A program made the translations under genes and the position numbers. This document shows, piece by piece, positions 61,601 through 64,000 of a stretch of DNA of 64,000 nt. Origin of the DNA: Raillietiella orientalis (Eukaryota); NCBI GenBank assembly GCA_036172245.1, contig JAYWIR010000010.1, positions 2,294,001-2,358,000 of the forward strand, read 5' to 3'. Each line of letters begins with the position of its first letter. Positions within the stretch are counted from its first letter, which is position 1. The notes below the pieces were generated by a model that saw only the letters and a list, made by a program, of their open reading frames with translations, was not told the origin of the DNA and made no database searches.

Positions 61601-64000
61601 CACCAACGTAATGAAGGCACCTGCCTTCACTATGTTGGTGACTTCCGCCTATGAATAAACTCATCATGAAAGAGGATTTCGCTGGAAAAGAAAAAAAAAA
61701 CTCCTCGAAAAACATTTCATGTTTCATTTTCGAACGATAGCACATTGGTAGCAGAAGCATCCGGAGGCCTATGGTGCATTTGAATGCTGAGCGGCAAAAA
61801 GGTAAGTTAATCACCCTTGAGCGTGCTGAGATCCCGAGTTGGTTTACTCGAGAATTAGGTGCGGGGAACCATTGGGGAATAAACACTTAGCAAGTGATCC
61901 ATCTCGCAGTTTCCAGCATCAGAGAAATTACCCGGAACACTTTCTGAGGATACACGAAGTGTCGGGGATTTCTTGTCAAGCTCACACCTCTTGATGCAAC
62001 CCACGGAGAAAAGGTAAGGTGAAGGTTTAGAATTTGTTTCCTGTTTCCTAGATACCAGACGAGATTCATGTCTACAAAATTCAGAGTAGAGGAGGCTTTT
62101 TCGAATTCAGGTTCACCCCTCTGAAGATGACCAGGGGGATGTGCCCTTATAGTTCGTGAGACCACCAGTAGAATGGCACAAATGGGTACGTTTCTCAGAT
62201 GCTTGCAGATTTGGCAGCCAAAGCTCTGAGCGGTGCATTCGCAATCCCCAAATTTTTTTGCTCAGCGAAGTCGGAGCACGCGAAAAGTTGCTCCCGCGGA
62301 TTCTGGCCTAGCGAAGTAGCTGCTCAGCAGCTCAACGCTGAAATGAAAGGGTGAAATGGAGAATGGAAAATAGATTCGGTGCTCTTCTCGTGTCTTGTGA
62401 AAGATTTCCTTCGCCAAGTCCAAGCGGAAATCCCGAAGAAGGCTTCTTTTTTTCTTTTTACTTTTTTAACACGTTCCTAAAGCTTTAAACACACAATATG
62501 ATGAGTGCTGTGAACAAACGACATAGGGATAAGATAACGACTAGATAAGCTGCAGCTCCAGGGTTAGAAAGCGTAGCCAGCAGAAAACACCAAACACAGC
62601 TCGATGATTAGTGCTCGCGTTCCTTTCCGGAAAGTTTTCATCTGTTAGAACATCAATGAGGTCCGCCTTGCTGGCAGGTAGTCACTTCTTCTGCCAAGCA
62701 ACCCTCAGAGGAGTACAACTGCTTGGAGGTGCAAAAAGTGCAGAAAATCCTTTCCGTAGGCTACTAAGCTGTTTTACAATTCTGCGCGAGTTCATCTCGG
62801 AGTTCCTTTAAGAGCTGCGAATGTACTCGTGGTGCTCTTTGTGTGTCGAAGGAAAAACCACGAATGTTTTCATAAGGTTTCCTTCGTCGTAACTGCCTTC
62901 ACGTTTTCGCTCCTACATTGCGGTGATCAGGGCTGCGGGGTGCTTGCAGGTCACCCTGAATTGGAAATTTCAACCACAGACTTCAGTTAGCTTCCCACAC
63001 ATCTCGATATTCACGGAGGGCACGTTAGCTGAGAGAGAGAGCACGTGATCTGATTTGCTTCCCAGACACGGCGCTAAGTCTGCGTAATGTTACCCTCTGC
63101 CCTTCGCCGCTGTAGATCCTTGAATTTTTGGGATACAGTGCACTGCGGTGATGTGGAGTACGCCGCGAGCAGTACAATTCGGCGGATCCAGCAGCAGCCT
63201 CCAATGGTGAGAATTTGCGTCCTGTTCGTTAAAAGGATAGGAAAGGATAAAGCAGCATTTCGCTGCTCGGGGATTTGCGTGTCCGAAGGGAATACGAAGC
63301 AGATTGGTTTGATGTTCCATCGTTCGTCATGTTCAGAGGTATCCGTTATCTCTCACTGTCAGCATCAGCGTTTGACCATTCTTCTTCTGTCCTTTCAAGT
63401 TCAAATTGAACGGAAGTCTCGGTTTGGAGTGCAGGGTGCACTCCAAACCGAGCTGTGCCCCGGAGGGTGATGTCAGATGTCCCGGTGAAGTAATATGGAG
63501 TCCCTAGTGGGCGAGAAAATCCCGGTCATGTTGTCGATTCGGTTGAGAATCCGTCCCCTAAACGAACAACCTTCCTATTGGTACGAGTAGATGGCCCAAG
63601 TAACTGGAATCCATTGCGTTTAAGTGGAGAGATAAAGAGATGCCATAATTTGAAGCTATTCAGAGTGAAAGGATGTATTCCACCCTTCTGTGGAAAAGCT
63701 GAAAGGCTTCTCTGAAAGGCTTCTCTCTAGCCCAGGAAAGAGCCCCTATCTAAATGGTCCATTTTTTTTCAGAACATTAGTTAGAATCACTCGACCGAAA
63801 ACATTGGACCTCGCTGGTAAACGGAGATCACTGAAGCCCTAGGTTAACGATCCTGCTTGCTCGGTCAAAGTTCCTCCCCCGCTTCCTCCATCCGCTCATT
63901 CAAGCGTCCTTGCCTGGAAGAACAAAGTGGGATAGGTCTGGTTCCGAGGAAGGATTTCGACGTCACCAGTAGGTTGCGAGCTAACACTGTGCCATAGGTC

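Noticed and set aside
1..64000. Prokaryotic or viral systems (CRISPR array, operons, endogenous virus genes)
   Set aside because: There are no regularly spaced repeats, no gene-dense segment and no recognisable viral hallmark ORF.

Overview
This is eukaryotic, probably invertebrate (arthropod-like) genomic DNA, with no prokaryotic operons, rRNA or CRISPR arrays. The one clearly intact gene is a single-exon, N-terminally shortened, divergent retinoblastoma-family (p107/p130-like) ORF at 56692-59277 on the minus strand. It sits in an AT-rich, strongly CpG-depleted patch. Most of the remaining sequence is heavily decayed transposable element debris: many LINE reverse-transcriptase fragments, three Ty3/Gypsy pol remnants, a mariner remnant and a possible hAT remnant. 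A ~750-bp dispersed repeat occurs five times. It has a tRNA-like head and a variable cassette of C(TTCG)G hairpins, and one copy is interrupted by a piggyBac-type MITE at a TTAA site. Large GC-rich blocks (~2.7-5.8 kb, ~31-40.5 kb, ~42.4-50 kb) produce many spurious ORFs yet also contain fossil LINE motifs. TE calls rest on by-eye matches to degenerate protein motifs, so their boundaries are approximate.
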